Assembly: GCA_963705305.1 (NCBI GenBank) | Contig: OY970067.1 | Span: 5,536,001-5,600,000 of the forward strand | Length of the DNA: 64,000 nucleotides | Reading direction: 5' to 3' | DNA from: an uncultured Methylomirabilota bacterium | GTDB lineage: Bacteria > Methylomirabilota > Methylomirabilia > Methylomirabilales > 2-02-FULL-66-22 | Shown: in pieces, positions 30,490 through 40,752 of the stretch | Position numbering within the stretch: the stretch's first letter is position 1 | How the letters are laid out: every line of letters begins with the position of its first letter | Translations under genes and position numbers: made by a program | The notes under the pieces: generated by a model | The model's input: the letters and a program-made list of their open reading frames with translations, nothing else | What the model was told of the DNA's origin: nothing | Databases searched by the model: none

Positions 30490-30527
30490 CACAAAGGCCC
30501 CCGGGATGTGTTCCGGGGGCCTTTGTG
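30490..30527. terminator. Bidirectional terminator between convergent csp and tatA
   Basis: CACAAAGGCCCCCGG / CCGGGGGCCTTTGTG 15-bp stem. Confidence 0.75.
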
Positions 30528-30544
30528 TATGTGCCACCCGCGGG

Positions 30545-30814
30545 TCAGGCCGCCTCCGACATCTTCTTGCCGCAGGAGGAGCAGAACACCGCATCCGCCG
30601 GCACGCCCTTGCCGCAGTGGGGACAGAACTTCCCCCCGACTACCTCGCCCCTGGACTCCGGCCGTTCCGGCGCATCCGGCTTGTCCGCGGCCTCCTTGAA
30701 TCCTTTGATCGCCTTGCCCAGCGAACTCCCGATCTCCGGCAGCTTCCCCGCCCCGAACACTAGCAGGGCGATCACCAGAATCACCAGAAGTTCCGGCATC
30801 CCCAGCCCGAACAT
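30545..30814 (-). CDS. tatA: TatA/E translocase subunit with C-terminal zinc ribbon
   Basis: [39 protein letters not shown]...CSSCG. Confidence 0.88.
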   Translation of the reverse strand: MFGLGMPELLVILVIALLVFGAGKLPEIGSSLGKAIKGFKEAADKPDAPERPESRGEVVGGKFCPHCGKGVPADAVFCSSCGKKMSEAA

Positions 30815-30915
30815 AGTGCCCCCTTTCGCCACTCTGCGGAAGACCGGCTCCGGCCACCCCGCCTTTGGGTTATGATATCACTTCTGGCCGCCGGCGTGTG
30901 GGGAAATCGCCGGGG

Positions 30916-32073
30916 TCAGAATGTCAGCATCATCTCCCGATAGATTGCCGCCGCCTTCATCACCTGCGTGAGCTCCACGTACTCCTGGCTGGTGTGGGCC
31001 TGCTGGATATGGCCGGGGCCCAAGACCACACACGGGATTCCGGCCCCCGACAGGCACGCGGCATCGGTCCCGAAGGGAACACCGCGGGCGGGATGGTCTC
31101 CGTCCACCCGCCGGACGGCCTGCCGGGCCGCCCGCACGACGGCGGCTTCCAGCGGCGCCTCCATGCTTTCCCCCAGCTCGAACGGCTCGTCGATCACCAC
31201 CCGGAGGTCGGGATCCTCGGCCGCCAGGGTCGACAGCATCGCTTCCAGCTCCGCCCGGACGTCGACCCAGCTTTCGCCGGGCAGCAGCCGCCGGTCCACC
31301 TCGATGCGGCAGCGGTCCGGCACGACATTGACCTGGAGCCCTCCTTCGATCCGTCCCACGCTGAGTGTCGGCGACCCCAGCAGCGGGTGCGAGCGCTGCC
31401 GCAGGCGGGGGGCCAGCCGCTCCTCCAGGCCGCGAATCACGCCGGCCATCTTGACGACGGCGTTGATCCCCGCCGGGGGGTTGGAGCTGTGCGCCGCCCG
31501 TCCCAGGGTGGTCATCCGCCAGCGCGCGATCCCCTTATGGGCCACGACCACATCCAGTCCCGTGGGCTCGCCGACGACCGCGGCGTCTGCCCGGAATCCC
31601 GATGCCACCAGGTGCCTGGCCCCTTCATAGCCGGCCTCCTCCCCCATGGTGAACGCCACCGAGATGGTGGATCGAAGGTCCCTCCGGGAGAGCACGCTCT
31701 GGAGGGCCAGCAGCATGGCCGCGATGGAAGCCTTGGTGTCGCAGGCCCCGCGTCCGAAGAGGCGGTCCCCCTCCGATCGCGGCGTGAAGGGATCGACCTG
31801 CCCATCCGACGGGGCGACCGTGTCCAGGTGGGCCTCGAACAGGAGGTGGCCGCCTCCGCCTCCCCCGGGGAGCCGGGCCACCACGTTGGGTCGCCCCGGC
31901 TGCACCTCGGTGACCGTCGGGACCAGGCCCATGGCGCGGAGCCGCCCTGCCAGGACGTGGGCCAGTTCACCCTCGCCCGGGCCGCCGCCCATCCGCGGGT
32001 TCACGCTGGGGATGCGGACCAGATCGGAGAGCAGCGCTACGGCCTCTTGCCTGTCGATGCATTCGCCGGCCAT
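30916..32073 (-). CDS. M20 deacylase (ArgE/DapE family)
   Basis: EAHLDTV, GRGACDTK, MGEE, VGEPT, AHSS, GTDA, QAHT. Confidence 0.88.
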   Translation of the reverse strand: MAGECIDRQEAVALLSDLVRIPSVNPRMGGGPGEGELAHVLAGRLRAMGLVPTVTEVQPGRPNVVARLPGGGGGGHLLFEAHLDTVAPSDGQVDPFTPRSEGDRLFGRGACDTKASIAAMLLALQSVLSRRDLRSTISVAFTMGEEAGYEGARHLVASGFRADAAVVGEPTGLDVVVAHKGIARWRMTTLGRAAHSSNPPAGINAVVKMAGVIRGLEERLAPRLRQRSHPLLGSPTLSVGRIEGGLQVNVVPDRCRIEVDRRLLPGESWVDVRAELEAMLSTLAAEDPDLRVVIDEPFELGESMEAPLEAAVVRAARQAVRRVDGDHPARGVPFGTDAACLSGAGIPCVVLGPGHIQQAHTSQEYVELTQVMKAAAIYREMMLTF

Positions 32074-32140
32074 GTGCACCCTCGTGCCGGGACGATGAGC
32101 GGTGCCGTCCCCGGGGCCACTTCGCCTCCGGAATCGCCCC

Positions 32141-32872
32141 TCAGGTCAGCCGCTGCCCCCCGTCCACGGTCAGAATCTCACCGGTGATGAAGTCGTTCTC
32201 GACGAGATACACGACGGCCCGGGCGATATCCCCGGGGTCCCCCATGCGGCGCAGCGGGACGCGCCGGATGGCCTGCTCCTCCTCGGCGGATCCGCTCCCC
32301 TCCGGCAGCAGGATCGTCCCCAGGGCCACCGCATTCACCTGGACCGCCGGCGCCAGCGCCTTGGCCAGCCCCCGCGTGAGCGCGATCAGGCCCGCCTTGG
32401 AGACCGAGTACGGCAGGTAATCGGCCCAGATCTTCATCCCCGCAATGTCCGTCAGATTGACGATTTTTCCCCTTCCCTGCTGGCGCATGATCGCCCCGAC
32501 GGCGCGGCACAAGAGGAAGGGCGCTTTCAAGTTGACGCCCAGAAACCGGTCCCAGTCCTCTTCCGCCAGGCTCTCGAAGGGAGTCCGGTAGAAGATGGCC
32601 GCGTTGTTGACCAGGATCTCGATGCGGCCGAACGCCTGCATGGCCGTCTCGACCACGCGCTCCACCTCGCGGGCGGAGGAGAGGTCGGCGCACACCGCCA
32701 CCGGCTTGCCTCCCAGCCGCTTGGCCTGGGCCAGGACCTCGTGGGCCTCGCGCTCGGAGCTCCGGTAGTGGATCGCCAGCTCGGCGCCCCGCTCGGCCAG
32801 GGCCAGCGCGACGGCTCGCCCTACCCGCCGTGCCGCGCCCGTCACCAGCGCGACCTTGCCTTCGATCTCCAT
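32141..32872 (-). CDS. SDR, pteridine reductase (FolM/PTR1)-like
   Basis: TGAARRVG, IHYRSS, NNAAIF, YSVSK. Confidence 0.85.
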   Translation of the reverse strand: MEIEGKVALVTGAARRVGRAVALALAERGAELAIHYRSSEREAHEVLAQAKRLGGKPVAVCADLSSAREVERVVETAMQAFGRIEILVNNAAIFYRTPFESLAEEDWDRFLGVNLKAPFLLCRAVGAIMRQQGRGKIVNLTDIAGMKIWADYLPYSVSKAGLIALTRGLAKALAPAVQVNAVALGTILLPEGSGSAEEEQAIRRVPLRRMGDPGDIARAVVYLVENDFITGEILTVDGGQRLT

Positions 32873-32935
32873 GCCGCTCCTGCCCGTGGGGGGAAGGTCG
32901 CCCGCAAGCCGTCCGCCCCGCCCGTGCTCTTCCGC

Positions 32936-33817
32936 TCAGGACGCGGCGACCCCCCGGACCCGGTCGAGGGCCAGGCGAAGCGTCCGCTCCGCCAGCATCC
33001 CGATGGTCGCGCGGCCAGCGCCCCCCTCCCCGCGACCACCCGCCGACGGGAGCACGGCGTGCTGCGCGACTAGGTCTCCGGCTTCCCGCAGCACGGCCTC
33101 GGTGAGGCGCTGCCCGCCCAGGAATCGTTCCGTCTCCAGCGCGCGCCAGAGCGCGCGGGCGGGGGTCCAGAGGCCCACCCGCGCCCCGCAGCAGGTGGCC
33201 AAGTCCTCCTCCATCACCAGAAAAACCCCCACCCCACAGGGGGCCGGCACGTCGGAGCCGGCGGCTCGAAGGTAGGCGCCGCCGGAGCGGGCCAGTGGCG
33301 CCGGCAGGTGGACATCCACCAGGAATTCCCCGTGCTGGAGGGAGGGGCCGCCGGGTCCGGCGCAGAGCGCCTCCACGCCCAGTTCCGACCAGCCGTGCGG
33401 CCCGAAGACGGCGGCGGATGCCCGCAGGCAGATCAGGGGAAGCAGCACGTCCGCGGCCGGCGGAGCGTTCCCCAGGGTCCCGCCCAGGGTGGCCGGCTCG
33501 GCCGAGCCCAGCCAGCCCGGAGCGCCGGGACCGTCCGCCAGGATGGGATACAGGCGCTGGACCGGAGGAAAGGCGAACACTCCCTCGAACGGCACCGCCG
33601 CGCCGATGCACAGGCCGTTCCGATCGTCGTACTCCAGGCGATTGAGGTCGGGGACCCGCGCTAGGTCGATCACGAGGGAGGTCGTCCCTCCCTCCTCCCG
33701 CACCTCGGCGATGAGATCCGTCCCCCGCACGCGGGGACGCGTGCGGCCGTCCGCCGCCAGCAGCAGCGCGGCCACCTCGTCCAGCGTCTCGGGGGCAAAC
33801 TGCTCGAGTCTCTCCAT
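32936..33817 (-). CDS. CoxM/XdhB-like FAD-binding subunit, divergent
   Basis: PETLDE, GTDL, IGAAV, ATLGG; canonical motifs degenerate. Confidence 0.7.
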   Translation of the reverse strand: MERLEQFAPETLDEVAALLLAADGRTRPRVRGTDLIAEVREEGGTTSLVIDLARVPDLNRLEYDDRNGLCIGAAVPFEGVFAFPPVQRLYPILADGPGAPGWLGSAEPATLGGTLGNAPPAADVLLPLICLRASAAVFGPHGWSELGVEALCAGPGGPSLQHGEFLVDVHLPAPLARSGGAYLRAAGSDVPAPCGVGVFLVMEEDLATCCGARVGLWTPARALWRALETERFLGGQRLTEAVLREAGDLVAQHAVLPSAGGRGEGGAGRATIGMLAERTLRLALDRVRGVAAS

Positions 33818-33836
33818 ACCGGACCCGGTCCCTCTC

Positions 33837-35009
33837 TCAGAGGTGGAATCTCTCATACCACGTTTCGATGAAGAGCGCCAGAAGCGCCGCGCGCTCCCGG
33901 AGGCTGGGCAGCTCTAGCCACTCTTGCGGGCTGTGCATCTGGCTGCCGATCGGCCCCAGGCCGTCCAGTGTGGGAATCAGCTGCGCCGTGCGGTTGCCGT
34001 CGGAGCCTCCCCCGGTGGTGACCCCCTGAACGGTCAATCCCAAGGGAGCGGCGGCCGCCTGGAGGATCGCCAGCATCCGCCGCGTCCCCTCGGTGGTCGG
34101 CCACGGGGGGGTGCCGATGTCCCCGCTCAGGGTGCCGACGGCTCCCGGGACCGAGGACCGCGCGGCAATCCTCCGGAGGGCGCGGGTGATGCGATCCGCC
34201 TCCTCGGTGCTGCGCACCCTCACGTCCACATCGGCCGAGGCGCGGTCGGGGACGACGTTGGACCGCTCGCCTCCCTGGATCACCCCCACGTTCACCGTGG
34301 TGCCGCGGCTGGGGCGGCCCAGGGCCTGGACCGCGCACACCTTGTGGGCCAGCTCCCAGATAGCGTTCACGCCCAGCTCCGGCTGCGAGCCGGCGTGGGC
34401 CTGCTTTCCCTGAACCTCCAGGCGGAAGTGGCCCACGCCCTTCCGGCCGATCACGCACTCCCCGTTGGGGCGGGCCGGCTCCAGGACCACGGCCGCCTCG
34501 TGCCGCCGCGCCGCGTCGGTGATGAGCTGCCGGGACGAGGGAGAGCCTACCTCCTCGTCGGCATTGAGGAGGACGGTAAGACGCAGGCCGCGGAGCACCG
34601 GGGATTCGGTCTCCGCCAGAGCGCGCAGCCCGAAGAGGAGCACCGCCAGCCCGCCCTTCATGTCCACGACTCCCGGGCCGGTCGCCCGCGTTCCCTCGAC
34701 CTGGAAGGGCCGCGACGCCGCGGTCCCGGCCGGATAGACGGTATCCATGTGCCCGAGGCAGAGCAGGGCCCTGGCCGCGCCATCGGGGGCGCGGGTCGCC
34801 ACCAGGTGGTCGCCGTACTCCGGCTGCCGGACCCGCTCCACGCCGTATCCCAGCACCGCATAGGCCTGCGCCAGCCGGTCCGCCACCTGGTTCACACCGG
34901 CCCGGTCGTAAGTTCCGCTGTCCTGGTTGACCAGCTCTTCCAAAAAGGCGACGGCCTCGGTCTCGTGAGCCGAGAGCCATCCCGTGAGTGCCTCCGATCG
35001 CGCGGTCAT
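33837..35009 (-). CDS. M20 glutamate carboxypeptidase (CPG2-like)
   Basis: GHMDTV, GPGVVDMKGG, DEEVGS, AHAG, GGSDGN, DGLGP. Confidence 0.88.
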   Translation of the reverse strand: MTARSEALTGWLSAHETEAVAFLEELVNQDSGTYDRAGVNQVADRLAQAYAVLGYGVERVRQPEYGDHLVATRAPDGAARALLCLGHMDTVYPAGTAASRPFQVEGTRATGPGVVDMKGGLAVLLFGLRALAETESPVLRGLRLTVLLNADEEVGSPSSRQLITDAARRHEAAVVLEPARPNGECVIGRKGVGHFRLEVQGKQAHAGSQPELGVNAIWELAHKVCAVQALGRPSRGTTVNVGVIQGGERSNVVPDRASADVDVRVRSTEEADRITRALRRIAARSSVPGAVGTLSGDIGTPPWPTTEGTRRMLAILQAAAAPLGLTVQGVTTGGGSDGNRTAQLIPTLDGLGPIGSQMHSPQEWLELPSLRERAALLALFIETWYERFHL

Positions 35010-35197
35010 GATCGATGTCCTCCGACCAGCGGGAGAGCGGCCGACTCGCCGGCGTACAGGTGACAGGCCACCTCCTGCCGCTCGCCGAACCGCAGCACGG
35101 CCGGGGCACGGACCAGCCCCCCCGAACCCGCTAGCCATCCGCTGGCCAGGTGGAAATGCTGGGTGAGGCCCTCGACCTCCAGAAGGGGCGCGCCCAT
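35006..35197 (-). pseudogene. Internally deleted OppF/DppF-type ABC ATPase remnant (63 aa)
   Basis: N-terminal PLLEVEGLTQHF...GGLVRA joined directly to C-terminal QEVACHLY; no Walker motifs. Confidence 0.7.
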
Positions 35198-35275
35198 TGG
35201 GGTGAATGTCTCCGGGTGTCCGGGCCGCCGCACCGGCCGCGGACGGGCGTACGCTAGCACGAGGCCCGCGGAGCG

Positions 35276-37558
35276 TCAACGCGGCGGCGATTCGCTGTCC
35301 CATTCGCCTCGCGGCGGGTCCCCGCCTTCCGCCGAGTGAAAGAAGGGGCGGAACTTCTCTGCCAGCTCGACCAGCTTGGCTTTGTAGTACTCCACGTTCT
35401 CGTCGGGCGCCTCGGGACTCCACTCGCTGGCCAGCCGGGCGGCCTCGTGCACCTTGACCCGCTTGGACGTCCCCGTGACATAGTAGGAGATCTGGTCGCC
35501 CGGCTGGTACGGGCGCTTGGCCCGGAGGGCCAGCTCGTACGCCGCCGCCGGGTTGCGCCGGCTGCCGCGGAGCTTGTCCCGATAGGTGTCCAGGGAGTCC
35601 TGGAGCGTCTCCGTCTTCATGAAGGTGCGGACGTTGAAGGCGTGCCGTTCGAAGGCCTCGGCGTAGCGCCGGGTGAGATCCGGAATCTTGTGCGGCTCGC
35701 CCGTCAGGAGAAGGCGGAACATCTCCTCCATCCACTCCCGCTGGAACAGCTCCAGTCCCCGGGACCGCAGGCCCGACCCCTTGATGGAGAGCCGGCCGTC
35801 GTAATCCAGCAGCGCGTAATTCTTCATCTTGTAGCTGAACATGGCCCGGTAGCGGCCGTCCAGCTCCAGGCTGATCCCTTCGGGCAGGATCGTCCCCAGC
35901 TCGCGGAGCAGCCGCTCCTCGTCCTCGGCTGTCTCCACGCCCGGCGGCGCCACGAAGTAGAGGCCGTCCGTATCCGCCTCGACCAGGCGCGCCCCGCGCT
36001 CCTGCAGCCAGGCCATGACGGCCTGGATCAGCTCCCGCCCCTTGGCCGTGACCAGGTTGGCCGCCGCATAGTCGTTGAAGTGTCCCAGCGGGAAGCCGAG
36101 ATAGCCGTAGAAGGAGTTGATGAGGATCTTGAAAGTGATCTGGAGGGCGTCATAGTGGGCGCGGGCCTCCTCCGTCTCCGCCGCCCGCAGGAGCTGCTTG
36201 GCCTCCACCCGGAACCGGCGCAGGTCCGCCAGCAGGCAGCGGAAGACGCCCAGGCTGTCCCGCCGGGGAAAATAGCCGAAGGCCAGCATCACCGAAGGGT
36301 ACAGGGACGTGACGTCGCAGTGGAGAATCCGCCGGGCCACCCCCTGGTAGGCGATCTCGGTGTGGCCGCCCAGCACCTCCTGCGGCGGCTCCGGCGCGGG
36401 AATGGCCCGCCGCTGACGCAGGTACTCCCGGATCGCCAGCGCGTCGATCTTGGTGGCGTTTCCCCGCAGCGCCACGTTCTGGTAGGAGAAGGGGAAGATC
36501 TGGGCCTGGACGAAGTAGCTCTGGCTCAGGATCGCACTGAGGGCCCGGGTTTCGCGCACGTCGTCCAGGGCGTACCGGAACAGCCGCTCCGGATCGTGAT
36601 CGAACGTCCAGGCGATCTTCTCCGGCGGAAGGTAGGTGCGGTCGGGCGCGGCCAGCCCGAAATGCCGGGCGATTTCCTTCAGGCCGAAGCTCTCCAGCTC
36701 CCGCGCGGTCACGTCGTAGTGCTGGGCCAGAATCCAGGTGTCGATGATGTGCCGCCCCTGGATCTCGTATTTCGTGTAGGTGATGGACCGCTCGGCGATC
36801 TGCATCCGCGAGGGGTGCCCCCTGAGCGCCGATCCGTCCCGGCCCAGGGTCAACGCCACCTTGTGCCTTCTGGCCCGCGCGGCGATGTAGTCCAAGTCGA
36901 AGCGGAACAGGTTGTGGCCCTCCAGGACGTCCGGATCCCGCTCCCGCACCAGGCGGACCATCTCCCGCAGCATGGCCGGCTCGTCCAGGACCGCCCCGGA
37001 GATGACGTGCTCCCACCCCGTGCTGTCGGCCAGCGCGATGGCGATGATGCGGTCCTCGGAGCGGGCCGCGTTGGAGAAGTCGTACCCGGCCGCGCAGTAG
37101 GTCTCGATGTCGAGCTGCATCCGGTGCAAGGCTGAGAAGGGCAGCTCGAGGAAATGCGTCTGCCCGGTGAGGAGCAAGTCTTGCTGGATGGGGTCGGAAA
37201 AGAACAGGTAGGGGGCATCGGGGGCCGACTGGGCCCTGCCGCTGGCCCCCTGGAGGTGGGCGCGGGCCTTCAGCGCATCTTCCCATCCCCGAAACAGCAC
37301 CAGGAAGCGATACCACCCCTCACCCGCCAGCTCCTCCACCTCGCAGCCGCCCGACCAGCCGGACAGGAGCTCCGTGCTGGCCAGGAGCAGGAACGGCCGA
37401 AAGGGGCGAACGGAGGAGGTGATGCCGCCGCCCGCGGGGGTCCGGGAGAACACCCGGATCCGATCGTTCCCCTCCAGCTCGAAGGCCAGCAGGCCGGGGG
37501 TCGGATCGTGGCCGAACAACGCGGCGTTGGTATGAAAGGCGGGCGCCTGAAGCGTCAT
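35276..37558 (-). CDS. polB: Family B DNA polymerase with 3'-5' exonuclease domain
   Basis: Exo motifs LDIET, GHNLFRFD, YALDD; polymerase motifs DVTSLYPS, KILINSFYG, ADTDG. Confidence 0.9.
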   Translation of the reverse strand: MTLQAPAFHTNAALFGHDPTPGLLAFELEGNDRIRVFSRTPAGGGITSSVRPFRPFLLLASTELLSGWSGGCEVEELAGEGWYRFLVLFRGWEDALKARAHLQGASGRAQSAPDAPYLFFSDPIQQDLLLTGQTHFLELPFSALHRMQLDIETYCAAGYDFSNAARSEDRIIAIALADSTGWEHVISGAVLDEPAMLREMVRLVRERDPDVLEGHNLFRFDLDYIAARARRHKVALTLGRDGSALRGHPSRMQIAERSITYTKYEIQGRHIIDTWILAQHYDVTARELESFGLKEIARHFGLAAPDRTYLPPEKIAWTFDHDPERLFRYALDDVRETRALSAILSQSYFVQAQIFPFSYQNVALRGNATKIDALAIREYLRQRRAIPAPEPPQEVLGGHTEIAYQGVARRILHCDVTSLYPSVMLAFGYFPRRDSLGVFRCLLADLRRFRVEAKQLLRAAETEEARAHYDALQITFKILINSFYGYLGFPLGHFNDYAAANLVTAKGRELIQAVMAWLQERGARLVEADTDGLYFVAPPGVETAEDEERLLRELGTILPEGISLELDGRYRAMFSYKMKNYALLDYDGRLSIKGSGLRSRGLELFQREWMEEMFRLLLTGEPHKIPDLTRRYAEAFERHAFNVRTFMKTETLQDSLDTYRDKLRGSRRNPAAAYELALRAKRPYQPGDQISYYVTGTSKRVKVHEAARLASEWSPEAPDENVEYYKAKLVELAEKFRPFFHSAEGGDPPRGEWDSESPPR

Positions 37559-37696
37559 GCTACACGGGATCCGTTGCCAGGAGATCTGCGACTCTTCCCC
37601 GGCGGGCGTCCGGGGGCCGACGATGGCGGGCACCCGCTCCGCCCCCGGGTCCATGCCGACCGGACCATCCAGCCTTGGAATTTCGCCCCGACCGGC

Positions 37697-38047
37697 TCAC
37701 GGCTGCGGCGGGGGCTCGGCATCCGGCGCGGCCCGCAGGAGGTCCCGCGCCTCCACCAGGTCGCTCTGGCGGACCAGGATGCGACGGCGGGCCAGCGGGC
37801 CGATGTTGTAGTTGGCATCCACGGCGTACTGGTTCTCCGCCTGCAGGATGCAGGGGATTCCCTCGGACTCCAGCAGTGAGCAGATGATCTCGGCCTCGAC
37901 CAGGCTATACACTTCGACCGCGGTGACAACCGGGTCGTCGGGAACCTCGTCTTCCAGCTCGAAGCTCTTCGCCCAATCCCGGGGGAGCGCCACCGCGCCG
38001 TCTCCTCCCGGCAGCATGCCGTCCACATCCTCACGCCCCATCTCCAC
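37697..38047 (-). CDS. DUF2007-like putative signal-transducing protein
   Basis: EAEIICSLLESEGIP...ILVRQSDLVEARDLL. Confidence 0.7.
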   Translation of the reverse strand: MEMGREDVDGMLPGGDGAVALPRDWAKSFELEDEVPDDPVVTAVEVYSLVEAEIICSLLESEGIPCILQAENQYAVDANYNIGPLARRRILVRQSDLVEARDLLRAAPDAEPPPQP

Positions 38048-38081
38048 ACCCCCTATCGTTCGCCGTCCGGAAGGACCCGTC

Positions 38082-38672
38082 TCACCGGCCCAGAGCGTGC
38101 CGCTCCTCCGTCTGGTCCATCAGGCTCTGGCGCAAGGACCGGGCCACCACACGATAGCTGCCCAGGCTGCCGTCCCGAAGATCCCACTCCAGGGCCAGGT
38201 CCAGGAGGATCCGGGCCTGCTCGCGCTCGCCCCGGCGCAGATGGAACAGCGCCTGACTCAAGCGGCTGGGGCCCGGATACCGCCCCATCAATCCCTGGTA
38301 GATAGCCAGCTCTTTCTCGGATTGCCCGTCCAGGCCGTAGGCCAGACCCAGCCTGAGCGAGCTGCGCAGGTACAGCTGGCTTGCCGGGGGGGTGCGGTCG
38401 CGCGCGGTCCGGAATCCCAGAATGGCGGTCCCGAGTTCCCCATTTTCCTCATCCAGCCAAGCCTGGTAGAATGCGCGCGTGGCCGGATCGGATTCCACCG
38501 CGATCCGGTGCTCCAGTGCGCGAACGCTCTGCTGGTGGTCCCATCGCTCCTGGAGGTACACCCCCAGGCTATTCTGGGGCCAGGTGAGGTACACCACGAC
38601 GCCGACCCCGGCCAGCCCCACGGCTGCCGAGAGAATCAGAACGCTCACGAGTCGCAGGTTCTTGGCCGTCAT
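38082..38672 (-). CDS. Membrane-anchored TPR-like protein
   Basis: N-terminal TM segment followed by helical repeats (LRLGLAY...). Confidence 0.6.
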   Translation of the reverse strand: MTAKNLRLVSVLILSAAVGLAGVGVVVYLTWPQNSLGVYLQERWDHQQSVRALEHRIAVESDPATRAFYQAWLDEENGELGTAILGFRTARDRTPPASQLYLRSSLRLGLAYGLDGQSEKELAIYQGLMGRYPGPSRLSQALFHLRRGEREQARILLDLALEWDLRDGSLGSYRVVARSLRQSLMDQTEERHALGR

Positions 38673-38856
38673 GGCGCCCCCCTGCACTCTCGCGGACAGC
38701 GGGCCCGCTGTCAATATAACATGCCCGCAGGGGGCAGACACGGGAAAAGACGGGGGCGCACGGGCCGAGCAGCCCGGAGCGCCACGGGAGGGATGAATGA
38801 ACGCGCGCTCGTCAGCACAGGATGGGCTCTCGCCGCGGGGGCGCGGCGGAGATATC

Positions 38857-39477
38857 GTGTTTCCCCACATCGAGCAGTACCTGGAGGGTCTGGACGGGAC
38901 GCGGGACGCAGTCTTGGAGGCCATGGAGCGGGAGGCGGCCGAGCGGGATTTTCCGATCGTGGGTCCCCTGGTGGGACGCTTCCTGTCCCTGTTGGCGCAG
39001 AGCATCGGCGCCCTGCGCATCCTCGAATTAGGCTCCGGCTTCGGATATTCCGCCTACTGGTTCGCGCGGGCGCTGCCGGCGCAGGCCGAGCTGATCCTCA
39101 CCGAGGTCTCCGCTCCCAACGCCGAGCAGGCGCGCGAATTCTTTCGCCGGGCGTCTGTCCGCTGCCGGACGGAGTTCCTGGTCGGCGACGCCCTGGAGAT
39201 CATCGACCGACTGCCCGGCGATTTCGACATCATCCTGAACGATGTGGACAAACAGCTGTATCCCGCCGTGTACCACAAGGCGGTGCCCCGCGTCCTGCCC
39301 GGCGGGTACTTCCTGAGTGACAATATGCTCTGGGGCGGCCGGGTTGTGAGCGGCGCAGAGCACCCCACCACCAGGGGCGTGCTGGAGCTGACCCGGCTCC
39401 TGTTTGCCGATCCGAATCTCTACACCATCATCCTCCCCATCCGCGATGGATTGTCCGTCAGTCTGAAGCTGGCCTGA
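38857..39477 (+). CDS. O-methyltransferase (YrrM/COMT-like)
   Basis: ILELGSGFGYS, GDAL, DVDK, DNMLWGG, IRDGL. Confidence 0.88.
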   Translation: MFPHIEQYLEGLDGTRDAVLEAMEREAAERDFPIVGPLVGRFLSLLAQSIGALRILELGSGFGYSAYWFARALPAQAELILTEVSAPNAEQAREFFRRASVRCRTEFLVGDALEIIDRLPGDFDIILNDVDKQLYPAVYHKAVPRVLPGGYFLSDNMLWGGRVVSGAEHPTTRGVLELTRLLFADPNLYTIILPIRDGLSVSLKLA

Positions 39478-39509
39478 CGCAGCTCGAATCTTGGGGCGCT
39501 CCGCCCATT

Positions 39510-40364
39510 TCAACGCGGCGATTCTTGGTGCCTTGGCGGTGGGGGCTGAAGATCCGGGCGGCGGCTGGCGTCGCCGCGATCCGGTCCGAACACGCCGGTC
39601 CGGCCGGCCACCACCGCCATCGCCCGCTGCCAGCTGGAGCGCTCGTGCCCCCACGCTTCGCGGGCAAACCGATAGTCGAATTTCCGGATGAACTCATCCA
39701 GCTCCCCCACCAGCTCCCCCCATCTCGCATTATGCCACGCGCTGAGGCGGGGAAAGTTGGGATGGCTCTTCCCCAGCCAGACCGCGGCATCCATGTGAGG
39801 CAGGCAGAGGCCTTCGGAGTGCGAGAAGGCGTCGCGGAACTCGGGGTGATCGAGGAAGTCCAGGACCGTCCGCAGCGCCCGGCGCTCGCCCCGGACGGCG
39901 GACACGCACAAGGGACATCTGGTCTTCGCGCGCGGCAGGGAGGCCGACCTGGCGAGGCCGAGGCGGGCCGCCAGGCGGGAGGAGAGCTTCCGGCCGGGGC
40001 TTTGCCCCCGGACGGTCCGGTCGCATTCCCCCAGCCACGTGCGCGCCGCCTCCAGCACGCTCCGGTACAGGATCGCCGTTCCCAGGGCAGGGTGCTCGAT
40101 TCGGGCCAGGAGCCACGTGTGCCAGTTGCACAATCCGCCGGACGCCACCAGGCGGGCCCGCATCTCGGGGTCGTTGACCTCCTCCCCTATCAGCTCGTTC
40201 AGGGCTCGGAGCGCTCCGTCCTCCAGGACCGTGCAGACCGGACAGCCGGATTTTCCGCACGCCTCGAGCAGTTGGAAGTATCCGACGAACTTGGACGGGC
40301 GGCCGGGCCGCCGTCCACCCTCTGCCGCTGGCTCGTTTCCCGCCGGAGCGGACCCTCGACCCAT
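39510..40364 (-). CDS. DUF6062-like Cys/His-rich protein
   Basis: CPVC..LCNWH and CPLC..LCLPH repeats; FIRKFDYRF..E..SW. Confidence 0.7.
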   Translation of the reverse strand: MGRGSAPAGNEPAAEGGRRPGRPSKFVGYFQLLEACGKSGCPVCTVLEDGALRALNELIGEEVNDPEMRARLVASGGLCNWHTWLLARIEHPALGTAILYRSVLEAARTWLGECDRTVRGQSPGRKLSSRLAARLGLARSASLPRAKTRCPLCVSAVRGERRALRTVLDFLDHPEFRDAFSHSEGLCLPHMDAAVWLGKSHPNFPRLSAWHNARWGELVGELDEFIRKFDYRFAREAWGHERSSWQRAMAVVAGRTGVFGPDRGDASRRPDLQPPPPRHQESPR

Positions 40365-40752
40365 GTCCTCCTCCCCCGGAGATCGCTAAAACCCCTCCCG
40401 GACTTCCCGGGCGAGGTTGCCACCGCGGCCAACCACTGCCCTTAATTCCTATCCCATCTTTGGCATGCTGCGTCAAGCCGTTCCTCCCGCGCCCGGCTTC
40501 CGCGCGGATTACGGGACGGCCACCTTCCTGACCGGCACGGCTCGACCGCGGAGCACACGAAGTCCGCGATGCAAACCCCCTCGATCCAATGAGCCGTCGC
40601 CGGAAATTGCGGAGGGGACCGGAAGGTCTTGTCCGGGTGTTCCTCTGCGCGCGCGGGGCGTGGCGACCTCTTGCGATTTTTGCGGTTTAGGCGGCGGAGC
40701 GTCCGGAGTGATCTGGCAAGCTCCCCTGGAATGGAGGCGATCGGCGCCGCGG

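Noticed and set aside
35276..37558. Family B polymerase as marker of a prophage, casposon or pipolin
   Set aside because: No integrase, Cas1, capsid genes or att/terminal repeats nearby; the context is housekeeping.
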